From Octopus sinensis (taxonomy: Eukaryota), in assembly GCF_006345805.1 (NCBI RefSeq), contig NC_042999.1, positions 144,398,001 through 144,462,000 of the forward strand: a stretch of DNA of 64,000 bases, read 5' to 3'. Position numbers and translations under genes: made by a program. The notes under the pieces were generated by a model that was not told where the DNA came from, did not search any database, and worked only from the letters and a program-made list of their open reading frames with translations. Numbering within the stretch: the stretch's first letter is position 1; each line of letters starts with the position of its first letter. Below, in pieces: positions 52,401-64,000 of the stretch.

Positions 52401-53124
52401 ATGACTGCCCAGGTATTTAATAACACAAACTGAAAAACACTGAATAGCATTCAGCATTTCTTTTTTACTACCATCATGTTGTATCCCTACGCAAAATACA
52501 CAATTCTCTTTGTTTCATTGAAAAATTTCTCAGATATTCATACCTTTTGCATGATGAACATATGATTAAGTGCACACTAACATCAGTTGAAAGAACTGAA
52601 ATTCAAATACTTTGAAAATTAAATGGAAATGTACAGTAGGGAAGAAGTCTGATCTTCAATAGTTATGGTGACAACTTTGGATATGTTTCGGTCTTATCAG
52701 TCCTCCTCAACAAAGTTTAATCTAACATAGAACAACTTTATGGGGTTCTTTTGTGAAATTTTTTCTGTTTAAACAATTTAAAATAATTATATTGGAAAAT
52801 TTCCCAGCAATACTCTGCATGATAGGCTAACAATGCAATGCACTAAAAAGAAACTTCAATCAATTGAAACTGCTCTCTTTGTTTCAATTTTCTTCATTGA
52901 CAAGTACCATATCTCTTTTACAGTTAAAGTGTCGGCTATATAGGTTTAGCCTACTGGGGAAACACAGGCTGTTTTATAAGCTTATAAAACAAGCTGTTTC
53001 AAGCTTGAAAATGTCCAAATATACTAAATAGCAACCCTGCTAAAAGAAATATGAGATGGTTATTGTAAATGTATACAATATACTTCAGATTCATTTAGTG
53101 TTTTCATTTTACTTTTCATTTCAG

Positions 53125-53216
53125 GAAATGTGTTCCTTTTATGTCAAATTACCTTTTTTACTGCAAGTCTAAGAAGTGCAGTCCAAACGGTGAAAGTTTT
53201 TCCAAAAAACATGCAA
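53125..53216 (+). CDS. ASH2L: ASH2L coding exon 5 (G-KCVPFMSNYLFYCKSKKCSPNGESFSKKHA); gene continues downstream
   Basis: tttcag acceptor; matches ASH2L CLPFMTNYSFHCNVC...FLRKQA; A|GTATGT donor. Confidence 0.95.
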
Positions 53217-54039
53217 GTATGTATGATATTGTTTTGTAATTTATAAAACAGAGCTTTGAACTATTAGTTTTCTCTATTTTTGAGGATGTGTTCGTTATTA
53301 TTTAATCAGTAAATACTGAAGTGGGCTTCTACTAACATTTCACTGCTTCTACTAATCAAGCAGTTAAGAGCTTGATACTTACCTCTCTCTGACTAAAACC
53401 AAAGGTACCTTAACTGATTATTGGCAAATCATTAGAGTATTTTGTGCCTGAGGCGAGTCATTCCCGTTTTAATGCTTTATTAACACACTCACTGGTTCAA
53501 TTTCCACTCATTTGCATCTTTTTCTTTCTAAAATTCTCATTGCTTCTTGCAACCTCTTCAGTTATTGACTCTGTCCATTATCAGAGCTGCATTCTTTTTG
53601 TTTGTTTATTTTGTACGCATGTGTGTGCATGTGTATACACATATGTATGTGTTTATGTGTGTGTGTATATGCATATGTATATATGTATGCACATTTGTAT
53701 TTTGCATATCATGTGTGTGTGTGTGTACCTCTGTTTCCTTGTGTGTGTATTTGTATACCTCTGTCTCTTTGTGTATCTATGTGTATTGGTGTATGTGACT
53801 ATGTACGTGCGTCTTATGTATGGATGTGTGTGTGTGTAGAGTGCGTGTGTGTATATGGTTACATGTTTCCTTTTGTGTATGTGTGTGTGCTTGTCTGTCC
53901 ATATTATCTATGTACCTATCTATCTACTTACCTATCTGTTTACCTGCATATCCATTTACCTACCTATATATATATATATATATATTCACCTACATAACAG
54001 CCTACTAACAAATCTACCTGTATATGTATAAACTGTGGG

Positions 54040-54500
54040 TATTGAGGATTCTCCTATTTAGTACAGGGTATGTTTCATTTATGAGGACATACTCCTGTAT
54101 TTGAGTATTGGGTCTTTCAAGTACTTGGATAAAATGCGAATTTCAAGTCGACCTAGTGTGCCTCCATGTTGGTCTTTGGCATGTTGGTAGAGTATAGAGG
54201 AGTGTTTTTTGTCGTCATATTGTCTCAAATAATTATTTAATCTCTCCATAATGCTTCTAGATGTCTCACCAATGTATGTCAAGTTCCTGTCTTTACAAGC
54301 ACCCTCTATGCACCTTATGCTGTAGACTACATTTCTAGTTCTACACTTAATGCCAGGGTAAATCTTACATACCATGCAGTTCTCAAATGGGTACGTCCTA
54401 CATAACTGATCTGATGGCACTCCCTGGCTTTTCAATGAGCTTAATGTTGAGCTTGGTCTCCTTCCATATAGTTACTACTTGCATCTGTTATAGAGATTTT
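54040..54500 (-). mobile_element. Penelope-like GIY-YIG endonuclease fragment
   Basis: CRTRNVVYSIRC...LTYIGETSRSIMERL...SILYQHA (ORF 54079-54435). Confidence 0.85.
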
Positions 54501-55176
54501 AGAACTAGCTGCTTTGCTTGTCATTAGAGTATCAATATTTGCTCCAGCCATTTTCATTATGAGTTCAGATCCTACCAAGGTTGACTTTGCCTGATACTTA
54601 ATCAACTAACCCCTCCCCTTCAATTTCTGGCCTTATGACCATATAAGAAATAATTATCTTTTATTATTTGTTTTACATTTTCTCACACACACTCACACAT
54701 ACAAGCAGGACCATCATGCAGCAACATTTAACCTAGCAACAAGGTCTGTAATATCAATTATATTTGTAGCTGAGCCATTTCACTTACCATTTTTGCAATT
54801 TCTGATCTCAGTAGTTCAACCTCAAGGGAAATGGAATGAACCAAGTTGATTTGCCCTTGATTCACTGCAACCCATTAAGAGTTGTGCAACACTTTGTGGA
54901 GATTAATTCTGTTTATAGAATTGACTTTGAAACTTTACTTATTGGGGGAGGGTTTATTTTATAGTGAGAAACAAAGCATCAGGTTTATTAGAAAGTGTGT
55001 AGGGGAGGAGATTTCTGTAACCTCATATCTTCCCCAGAGAAATGAATGATTTGAAATAGTTACAACCCAATATTGACTCTGTGTTGAAAACTTTGCTGTG
55101 TTAGAACTTGCCTCTTTACAAAGCTTGCAACAGGAATCTTTATGTAATAACAATGACACCAGTCAAGCTAGCAGGA

Positions 55177-56172
55177 ACATCATCATCATCGTTTAGCATC
55201 CGCTTTCCATGCTGGCATGGGTTGGACAGTGCAACTGGGGTCTGGGAAGCCAGAAGGCTGCACCAGGCCCAGTCTGATCTAGCAATGTTTCTACGGCTGG
55301 ATGCCCTTCCTAACGCCAACCACTCCATGAGTATAGTGGGTGCTTTTTATGTGCCACCAGCACAGGTGCCAGACGAGGCTGGCAAACGGACACAATCAGA
55401 TGGTGCTTTTTATATGCCACCGGCACGGAGGCCATGCGAGGCTGGCAACAGCCACGATCGGATGGTGCTTTTTACGTGCCACCTGCACGGAAGCCAGTCA
55501 GGGCAGCGCTGACAACGGCCACGTTCAGATGATTCTCTTATGTGCCACTGGCACTGGTATCACAGCTACAATTTCCATTGATGTTGATCGATTTTGATTT
55601 TGATTTTCACTTGCCTCAACAGGTCTTCACAAGTAGAGTTTTGTGTCCCAAGAAGGAAAGGTATGCATAAGTGGACTGAAGCCATGGGTTATGGTCTCAC
55701 TTGTCCTACCGGGTCTTCTCACGCACAGCATACTTCCAAAGGTCTCGGTCTCTAGTCATTTCCTCGGTGAGACCTAATGTTCGAAGCTCGTGCTTCACCA
55801 CCTACTCCCAGGTTTTCCTGGGTCTACCTCTTCCACAGGTTCCCTCAACCGCTAGGGTGTGGAACTTTTTCACACAACTATCTTCATCCATTCTCGCCAC
55901 ATGGCCATACCAGCGCAAACGTCTCTCTTGCACACCACAACTGATGCTTCTTAGGTCCAACTTCTCTCTCAAGGTACTTACACTCTGTCGAGTATGAACA
56001 CTGACATTACACATCCATCGGAGCATACTGGCTTCATTTCTTGCGAGCTTACGCATATCCTCAGCAGTCATGTCCCATGTTTCACTGCCATGTAACATGG
56101 CTGTTCGTACACATGCGTCATACAGTCTGCCTTTTACTCTGAGCGAGAAGCTTTTTGTCCCTAGCAGAGGTA
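55177..56172 (-). mobile_element. RTE LINE 3' fragment, little decayed
   Basis: ORF 55802-56098 MLHGSETW...RLRWYGHV...GRGRPRKTWE plus full tail. Confidence 0.93.
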
Positions 56173-56190
56173 ATCACTCAACCAGTTCAC

Positions 56191-57937
56191 TGTAGCAATA
56201 AAATCTCCTTCAATAAACACACTTATCTTCAAAGTGAGGGTAAAAAGTTTCAAGACCTTAGATGTTAAGACATTATGGCTCACTGTAAAGATAGGATTTC
56301 TATGACTTCAGTGTTAACCTTTGATCCTAGCCATTGTCTTGGATATTTTATACATACTCATCCAGTTTACAAAACTTATAGGCTGCTTTTAAATGGTTTA
56401 TCAGCTACTGACTGAACATACTGAATAGCAAATTTATCATATGACAGTAAGGAAACTTCTAAATAATTACTTAACTTTATTTTTACCTCAAAATTAGCAT
56501 TATATGGTGATTTTTTTTTTTACTACCAAATACCTTTCTTATCACTAACCACTCAGTAGTGAAGTAGGCATGAAGCTTTATGTCACTTAAGTAAACTGTA
56601 CCAAGCAGTTTTAGGTTTTATCCAGGCAAACAAGAAAGTGGCTTTTAATTTGAACTCTTAACTATGTACTGTATTCAGTAATCCAGCTTAACCTCACAGC
56701 TGTTATGCCTCAACATACCAGTCAAATCCTCCTAAACATATCACTTACCATCTTTTAAAAAAGCAAGCATATGTTTTAAATTCTAAATTTTGACACACTA
56801 TACTGACTTTATCATCATCATCCTCATTTAATGTCTGTTTTCCATGCTGGCATAACTTGGACGTTTTGACTGGGGACTGGCAAGCCAGGAGGCTGCAACA
56901 GGCTCCAATCTGATCTGCCAATGTTTCTACAGCTGGACGCCCTTCCTAATGCCAACCACTCCAAGAGTGTAGCAGGAGCTTTTTACGTGCCACCGGCACA
57001 AGAGCCAGTCAGGTGGCCCTGGCATCAGACACGTTCAGATGGTGCTTTTTATGTGCCAGGCACAAGGCTAACAATTTTAGGGTAGGGGTAAGTTGATTAC
57101 ATTGACCATCAGTGTTCAACTGGTACTTATTTTATCAATCCCGAAAAGATGAAAAGAAAACTCAACCTCGACAAACTTTGAATTCAGAACATAAAGATGA
57201 GTGAAATGCCTCTATGCATTTCATCCAGTGTGTTAATGATTCTGCCAGCTTGCCACCTTATTTTACTATATAAATATTAGAAACCATTATTGTTAATATT
57301 ATCATTATATTCTGATTATGGCACTAATACAATCAGTAGAGCACTGAGTGAGATATTGTATGTTAAAGGTCAATGCAAATACAGATGAGGGAGCCAACTA
57401 AAATGATCATCATTTGATGAAGTTCAACTAACACAGTCTAACACTGACTTGCTAGACATTTTTGTTCTTATATCTAGATCTGTATGTTCCCAATCATATG
57501 ATTGACTATCTTCTTGACATTAGTTTACTCAAACAGAACTGAAGAAAAAAAACCTTCCCTTTAAATACTAGCCCACCTGAGATCTCCTCTAATTGATACT
57601 AAATCTCTCTTTATAAACTGTTCAAACCTCTCATCATAATTTTTTATAACACCATTTTTATTATGTAATATTCTGTCAGATGTAGCAATTAAATCTCCTG
57701 CAACAAACACACTTATCTTCAAAATGAGGGTAAAATATTTCAAAGTTTTAAATTTTAAGACGTTATGCATCACTGTAAAGATAGGATTTCCATGACTTCA
57801 CTGCTAACCTTTGATTCCAACCATTCTTGGATATTTTACACATATACATCTAGTGTAAAACTTATGGGGTTGCTTTTAAATGGTTTATCAGCTACTGACT
57901 GAACATACTGAGTAGCAAATTTATCATATGACAATAA
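56191..57937 (+). repeat. Local direct duplication of ~260 bp (56191-56450 and 57681-57937)
   Basis: Aligned by eye; 62 of 63 nt identical at 56384-56446 vs 57871-57933. Confidence 0.85.
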
Positions 57938-59147
57938 AAGTTTTGTAAATAGGTATCCTGAGTTCCTGTGTATCTTAAATCCAGACTAAAAGGGTTCATG
58001 TCAGGAAATGCATCTGGGCGTAAAACACTGCCTCAGTCTACTCGCTTTGTTTATGAAGTGTGGAAAAGCAACCATGAAATAGTCATGATTGTGTGGTTAA
58101 CAAGTTTACTTTCTAACCATGTGATTTTGGGTTCAATATTACTGCAGCATCTTGAGTGTCTTCTACTATAGCCCCAGACCAACAAAAGCCTTGTGAGTGG
58201 ATTTGGGAAAAAAGAAACTGAAAATATTTGGGTTGATTTGTTTAACTTCAAGGTGGTGCCCCAGCATGGCCACAGTCTAATGACTGAAACAAGTAAAAGA
58301 TAGAAGATAATGGTAATGATGGTCACAGCAGCAATGATGATGATCCAAACATCAACTTAATAATGAGAATGCTAGTTATTTTCAAAATCCATCCTACTTA
58401 ATTATCTTCAATATTAACTGAAACAAATAGGCAGTATATTTCATTAAAAATATGATCACAAAAAAGTTTTAAAAACGTTCAAGTTATTGAGACAATAGTG
58501 ACCTTTAAAATCAACATTTTTTCAAGAAGACAAAAGGAAATCTATACCTGGTCACTCGAACTCCTTGAAATAGCAGCCAAGTTTCTCTTGAATAACACTA
58601 CAATCTTAAAGATGGTCTCATTAAGAAATGTGGTCTACTGTACACAATGTCTGAAAAACCAGATGAGGACAGTTACAGCTGGAGTGCTTCTGATCATAGA
58701 GCTGCTTGATCAGGAATGGCCTAGGGCTAAACAACATTTTTTTAAAGTATTTTTTTCTCTCCTCTCTCTGTCACTCATTCAGTCACTCAGCCACTTCCAC
58801 TCATATATGCAGGACAGTGACACAGCTGGATATTTTTTGACATTGCAAGTTAAATCAGTCATACAAATATACTTACACATATCAGTAAAACAGAGTCTTT
58901 GGTTACCACTGATATAATTGTCTGAATATATTGTTAACCATAAATTACTCATAATCTCCCAAGTTTTCTTTTCTTTCATAACACACTCTCTCTCTCTCTC
59001 TCTCCTTCCCCCTCCTTCTCTCTCTCTCACACAAGCACACATAAAAAGTAAATCAATCTTCTATTGATTGCAACTTCCAGTTAGATCAACTAAACCACTA
59101 CATATTGAATTATAATATGACTGAGTATACTGATAACAGTTTGCATA

Positions 59148-60100
59148 CAGGGCGTTTGGGCTAAATTTGATGATTTTTTTTTCTGGACAGCTTAATGTAT
59201 TGGTGAACATTTAACAGTGTTGGAGGGCAAAAAGATTAAAGCTGTGGTTAGCTGATATGGAGGATTGGAAGTCATGTGAATATTGGAAAAGAGTTATATG
59301 TATCGTGGCAACTCATACTGGGTATCAAAATGTCAACATTGTGACTGTTATTCAGTGCTCTGTCATCATCATCATCATCATCGTCTAGCATCCGCTTTCC
59401 ATGCTAGCATGGGTTGGACGGTTCAACTGTGGTCTGGAAAGCCAGAAGGCTGCACCAGGCCCAGTCTGATCTGGCAATGTTTCTACAGCTGGATAGTCTG
59501 TAATGTCTGTAAAACATGACATGTACAACTGTAAGGGAGACTACAAATCTGTAGCCAGCAGGGAGGAACACAGAAGGTTTTCTAACTGCATAAGCACACC
59601 AAAATCCATCCAACAACTGCAGAACAAGGTGATGGAAGATTTGTGCAAGGGAATCCAGGCTTTGGCAACAGATAGGTGCTGGAGTTACTACCATAGAGCT
59701 GACTCTGAATACCACTCATACAAAAGGTGCAAGGGACAAATTCTGACAGTTAAGGCTAAGGAAAACTGCTTGACCTTGACCAAAGAAGCTTCTGAACAAG
59801 CTGAAGCATCCTGTTGAGCCAAGGATGATCTGGTTCTTCTCAGATGAAAAGGACTTCTGCCAGGATCAGTTTCACAATACCCAAAACAACAGTTGGCTTG
59901 CCTACAAGTCATGTGATACCCCACATATCATGAAAACTAAGTTCCCCCAAATTGTGATGGTCTTTGTATGTATTTCCAGTGAGGGTGATGTCATGCTACT
60001 CCACATTTTTGAACAAGACCTTAGGCACATTTCAGACCGCTATGTGAAGCTGCTAGGGACTGTGGTTAAATCCCAGATGGTGAGGGTTGCTGCAAGATTA
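59148..60100 (+). mobile_element. Tc1/mariner-superfamily remnant interrupted by an RTE tail (59362-59495)
   Basis: MIWFFSDEKDFCQDQFHNTQNNSWLA...KTKFPQIVMVFVCISSEGDVM; TA|CAGGG-like terminus. Confidence 0.85.
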
Positions 60101-63100
60101 GGGTCACTAATTTGAGTAATCTGTTATCTCCCAACCATAATCTAGTTGATTTTTTTTTTAAAGCACTTTTATTTTTGGATGGGATTTTGTTTTCTTTTCC
60201 TTTTATGCAAACTGTTAAATTTAGTCCAAATATCCTGGAACATTTGGGTAGAGCCATCATGACAGTGTGACACAATTTGCTCCATGAAAGGGGTTCCACA
60301 TACTTTCTGTCTATTCAGTTCCATTCATATGGCTTGAATCAACTCAAGACTTTGATAAAAGACATTTGCCCTGGTTGCCATGCAACCAGATGTTTAAGAT
60401 AAGAAGAAACTGGGAAATAAATAGTTATTCTCACCTGGAATGGATGCCACTTTGTAGATTTTACATCCGCCTGACATAAATACGTCATGTTTACTATGAA
60501 GTGGGAGGGGGGGTCTCTTTATTAATTACTGAAGTAAAATAGCTGAGATTGAGAATTGTAATTGACTTTAACTCTATTTTTCTTTCCTTTTATATTGATT
60601 TCATAAATTTCAAAGAGTAGACTACCATTAATTGAATCAGTTATAGTATATGATTGGTGCTCACTTAATAATTCCATCAAGATTTGAACTCAGAATCATC
60701 ATTATCATCAAATATCTATTTTTCATATTAGCATGGGTTGGACAGTTCGACAGGAGTTGGAGAGCTGCACCAGTATTTAGTTGTCTGTTTTGGTATGGTT
60801 TCTACAGCTAGATACCCTTCCTAATACCAATCACTTTACAGAATGTACTGGGTGCTTCTCACATGTCACTAACACAGGTGCATTTTATGTGGAACTGGCA
60901 CTGAACATGCAGAGAGATAAAAGTAAATCACTCTATGGTATTTAGTTTGGCATTCCATTATTTCTACTTTTTCTCTGCCTTCAGAGAACTTCACTCAGCT
61001 GAAGGAGATCGTAGTCGTGTGAGCTGCATGCCAACCTCACTAATGCTAGTATTATGAAAATGTGAACTCAATATATTCTGTTAAGTGGTTTGCATTGAGA
61101 AGGCCATCAAGCTGTAGAAAGCTGACTTTAATGGATCCTGTCAAATTGTCTAACTCATGCATTATGTAGTGTCTTTTTTTTTAAGATAGTATGGTGGGAT
61201 TTGAGGGAGATTTGGCTACTCTTTCTAACAAGTACAACATGTAGAGGCTCTTCTCTTTGGCTTTGGGTTAAAGCTAATAGCATCAGTGATATCCCCATGT
61301 CAATTATAGACTGCTGTCTAAATTTCCAACCACCTCAGTGTTATTCAACAAACTGAAGCAACCCTCTTAACTGTGCTATTATATATTCATTGATAATGCA
61401 GGAAACATCAACATGACGGTAAACCAAAGAAGAATGGAGCTTGACATTTAAAAAATGTGTAAGATGGCTATGTGGTTAAGAAGTTCACTTCTCAAACATT
61501 TGATTTTGGGCAAGCATTGTTCTAGTGTAGTTTCAGGCTGATTAACACCTTGTTAGGAAAATTTTGTAAATGGAAACTGTGAAAATATCATTTTAAGTTT
61601 GTTTTCCATATTGGAAAACAGACTTGGACAGGTCATCAGGATTCAATTCATTTCTTATTCAGAGTTAATGCTCTTCTACAGGAGCATTTCTTACTCATAG
61701 ATAACATTTTTGGCATGGTTTTTATAGGTGCTTGCCTTTCTAATACTGATCTCTTTCTGAGACAAACATGAATGAGTGTGTGAACAGAAAGTGATGACCA
61801 AGAGTGGGAAAAGGGGAGAGTATGAATATGAGTGTGATGTTAGAGGAGGGATAGAGTATATTTATGTGTATGTCTGTGCCTATCAGTATAAACTACTGTG
61901 TTAAGTTTCATCCCTTTTATGTTAGAAATCAATAAAATAAATTCCAAACTAAAATAAAAATTGGGGTTGATATAATTAACTAAAACCCTTCAAGGTAGTG
62001 CCCCTGCATGGGCACAGCCCAGTGAACGAACCAGTAAAAATTCGAAAGTTTTATTTAAAAAAAAGTGACCTAACTATATTTTTAAAGATATATTTATTAA
62101 TCTTATCTCAACTCTCTAGGTTTAAGTAGTGTGTGTGTGTCTTTCTCTCTGAACACAGATGTTGTCTTTCCTCAAAGAAAAACATGAAATAAATAGGACA
62201 GATAAAGACTTTCATGTGAGCTGAGTGAGCAACTATGTAAAAGCTCCCTCGTCATTGTGTTGTGTTCAAGATATCTTTCGAAGTAATATACATTTAAGAT
62301 ATAAATATGTTTAACTGACTGACTCATACTGTTCTGACTTTAATTAGCATTTCATTGTGTTGTTATTTAACTACAAATTAGCCTGATGATCGAATGTGTT
62401 CCAGCCATAAAAAACATCTACAATACCCACTGAGCCCTTTTTTAAAAATAACAGTAGAGTCTGATCTATGGGAATTAGTTGCTATTTCTATCATGTCTTG
62501 TCACCACATAGAGACAGCTTCTTACTTAAACCACAATCCTATTTCTAAAACCCATCCCATTTAAGCTATGTGAAAATTGAATGGTGAGTAATATATGAAT
62601 CAGAGATAGCGTGACTTGTTAGTTTAAGTGTTGGCAACTCATAGCCCTTCTCGTTAACTGTTTTTACTCAGTCTACCTATCTGTAAAATAAGAATCAATC
62701 ACAAGCCAAGATGCCTTTATATAGTTGCTCAGTCTGCTAGAAATAGCAATCAGACTTTTATCAAACTATATTTTTCAATCTTAAAGAAATATGGGATACA
62801 TTGGATAATGTAGTTGTACATGCAATTGACAGGATGGCTATAACTTCAACACTTTTGATCATAATGCTGCTCAATCTAAGCTGAACTAGAACTAAACAGC
62901 AAGCATTAACCATGTGCATATCAAGCAGATCTTTTCAGTTTGACACACTTCTTCCAGTTGTATTCAAAATTTCTATATGGTGTAGTTTTTCATTCCAATT
63001 ACAAAAATCACAACTTTTTTTTTTAAGAAATTAATGAAAAATGTTACAAATGGTCATGTGGTTTCAGGTTCAGTCTCACTACATTGTACCTGAAGCAAGT

Positions 63101-63379
63101 GTCTTCTGCTATAGCCCTAGGCCAATCAATGTCTTGTGAACAAATTTCATTGATAAAAACTGAAAGAAGCCTGTCATGTATATGTGTGTGTGTGTGTGTG
63201 AAGTGAAAGCGTATAGAAAATGCACAAACAAAAATTAAAAAACATAATGAATGCACAGGTGAACGGGAAATGTATAGTGAGTGCACAAACGGACAGAAAA
63301 CAAAAACATTCCCTAATTCTTCATCAGTTATCAACCAGATGGTATTTCTCAGTTTTTTACCATTTTGTCCTTGAAAAGA

Positions 63380-63930
63380 CAAAAGGCAAAAACAACTTCA
63401 ACAGAATTTGAACTGAGAATGTAAAGAACTGTAACAGATATTGCAAAAACATTTTTCTAATGCCCTTACAATTCTGCCAGCTTTCCACACTATTAATAAT
63501 AATAACAGTAGTTTCAAATTGTGGCACAAGACTAGCAGTTTTCAGGGTTGAGGTTAGTCAATTACATCAACCCCAGTTTTCAATTGGTACTTACCTTATT
63601 GACCTTGAAAAGATGAAAGGCAAAGTCAGCCTCAGCAGCATTTGAACTTGGAACATAAAGATGGACAAAATGCCACTGAGCATTTTGTCTGGTGTTCTAA
63701 CAATTCTTCCAGCTCACCACAATAATAATAATAATAGTCCTTTCTACTATAGGCGCAAGGCCTGGAATTTGGGAAGAGAGGACAGAACAAGTCAATTTCT
63801 TATCAATCCTGAAGCGACAAAAGGCAAAATCAACCTCAGCAGAATTTGAACTCAGAACATAAAGACAGATGAAATGTCACTCAGCATTTTGTCCAGTGTG
63901 CTAATGATTCTGCCAGCTCACTGCCCTAAT
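63380..63930 (-). mobile_element. Three adjacent tRNA-derived SINE copies
   Basis: GAATTTGAACT...ATTCTGCCAGCT repeated three times, separated by (AAT)n. Confidence 0.75.
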
Positions 63931-64000
63931 AATAATAACATGGTGATCTTGAACCTACTCATGATACTTGATAGAAACAGGTATAGCTATGGGATTAAGA

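Noticed and set aside
53444-54031. Several overlapping Cys/Val/Tyr-rich ORFs
   Set aside because: Translations of degenerate (TG)/(TA) microsatellite.
60985-61020. Possible ASH2L exon 6 after a strong acceptor (KNFTQLKEIVV)
   Set aside because: Runs into a stop or RTE-tail sequence and lacks the expected MC..ALANL motif.

Overview
AT-rich, repeat-dense eukaryotic DNA. The repeat families and gene sequences suggest an octopus or other coleoid cephalopod (inference). There is a 100-N gap at 15103-15202. Two genes diverge from a CpG-richer region at about 24-26 kb. On the minus strand is the first coding exon of an AAK1/BMP2K (Numb-associated) kinase, whose first intron appears to cover 1-23979. 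On the plus strand are the first five coding exons of ASH2L (Set1/COMPASS subunit), all phase-consistent. The introns hold decayed RTE and CR1-type LINEs, many RTE 3'-tail copies, tRNA-derived SINEs, Tc1/mariner remnants, non-autonomous Helitrons and Penelope-like (GIY-YIG) fragments. The most notable structures carry hammerhead ribozymes and sit in (TA)n tracts. One is a Penelope 3' fragment with 340-bp inverted arms, each with a minimal hammerhead (3033-4597). The other is a non-coding 850-bp fold-back element present twice in tandem (18927-20668). It has a 247-bp hairpin, a 573-bp circularly permuted monomer and a split hammerhead with a CCGAUGA core, as expected for a retrozyme-like circular RNA. 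Also noted: a uORF overlapping the kinase start (ATGA), a candidate spliced small ORF in the kinase intron, and a duplicated intronic segment with a near-invariant 63-nt core.
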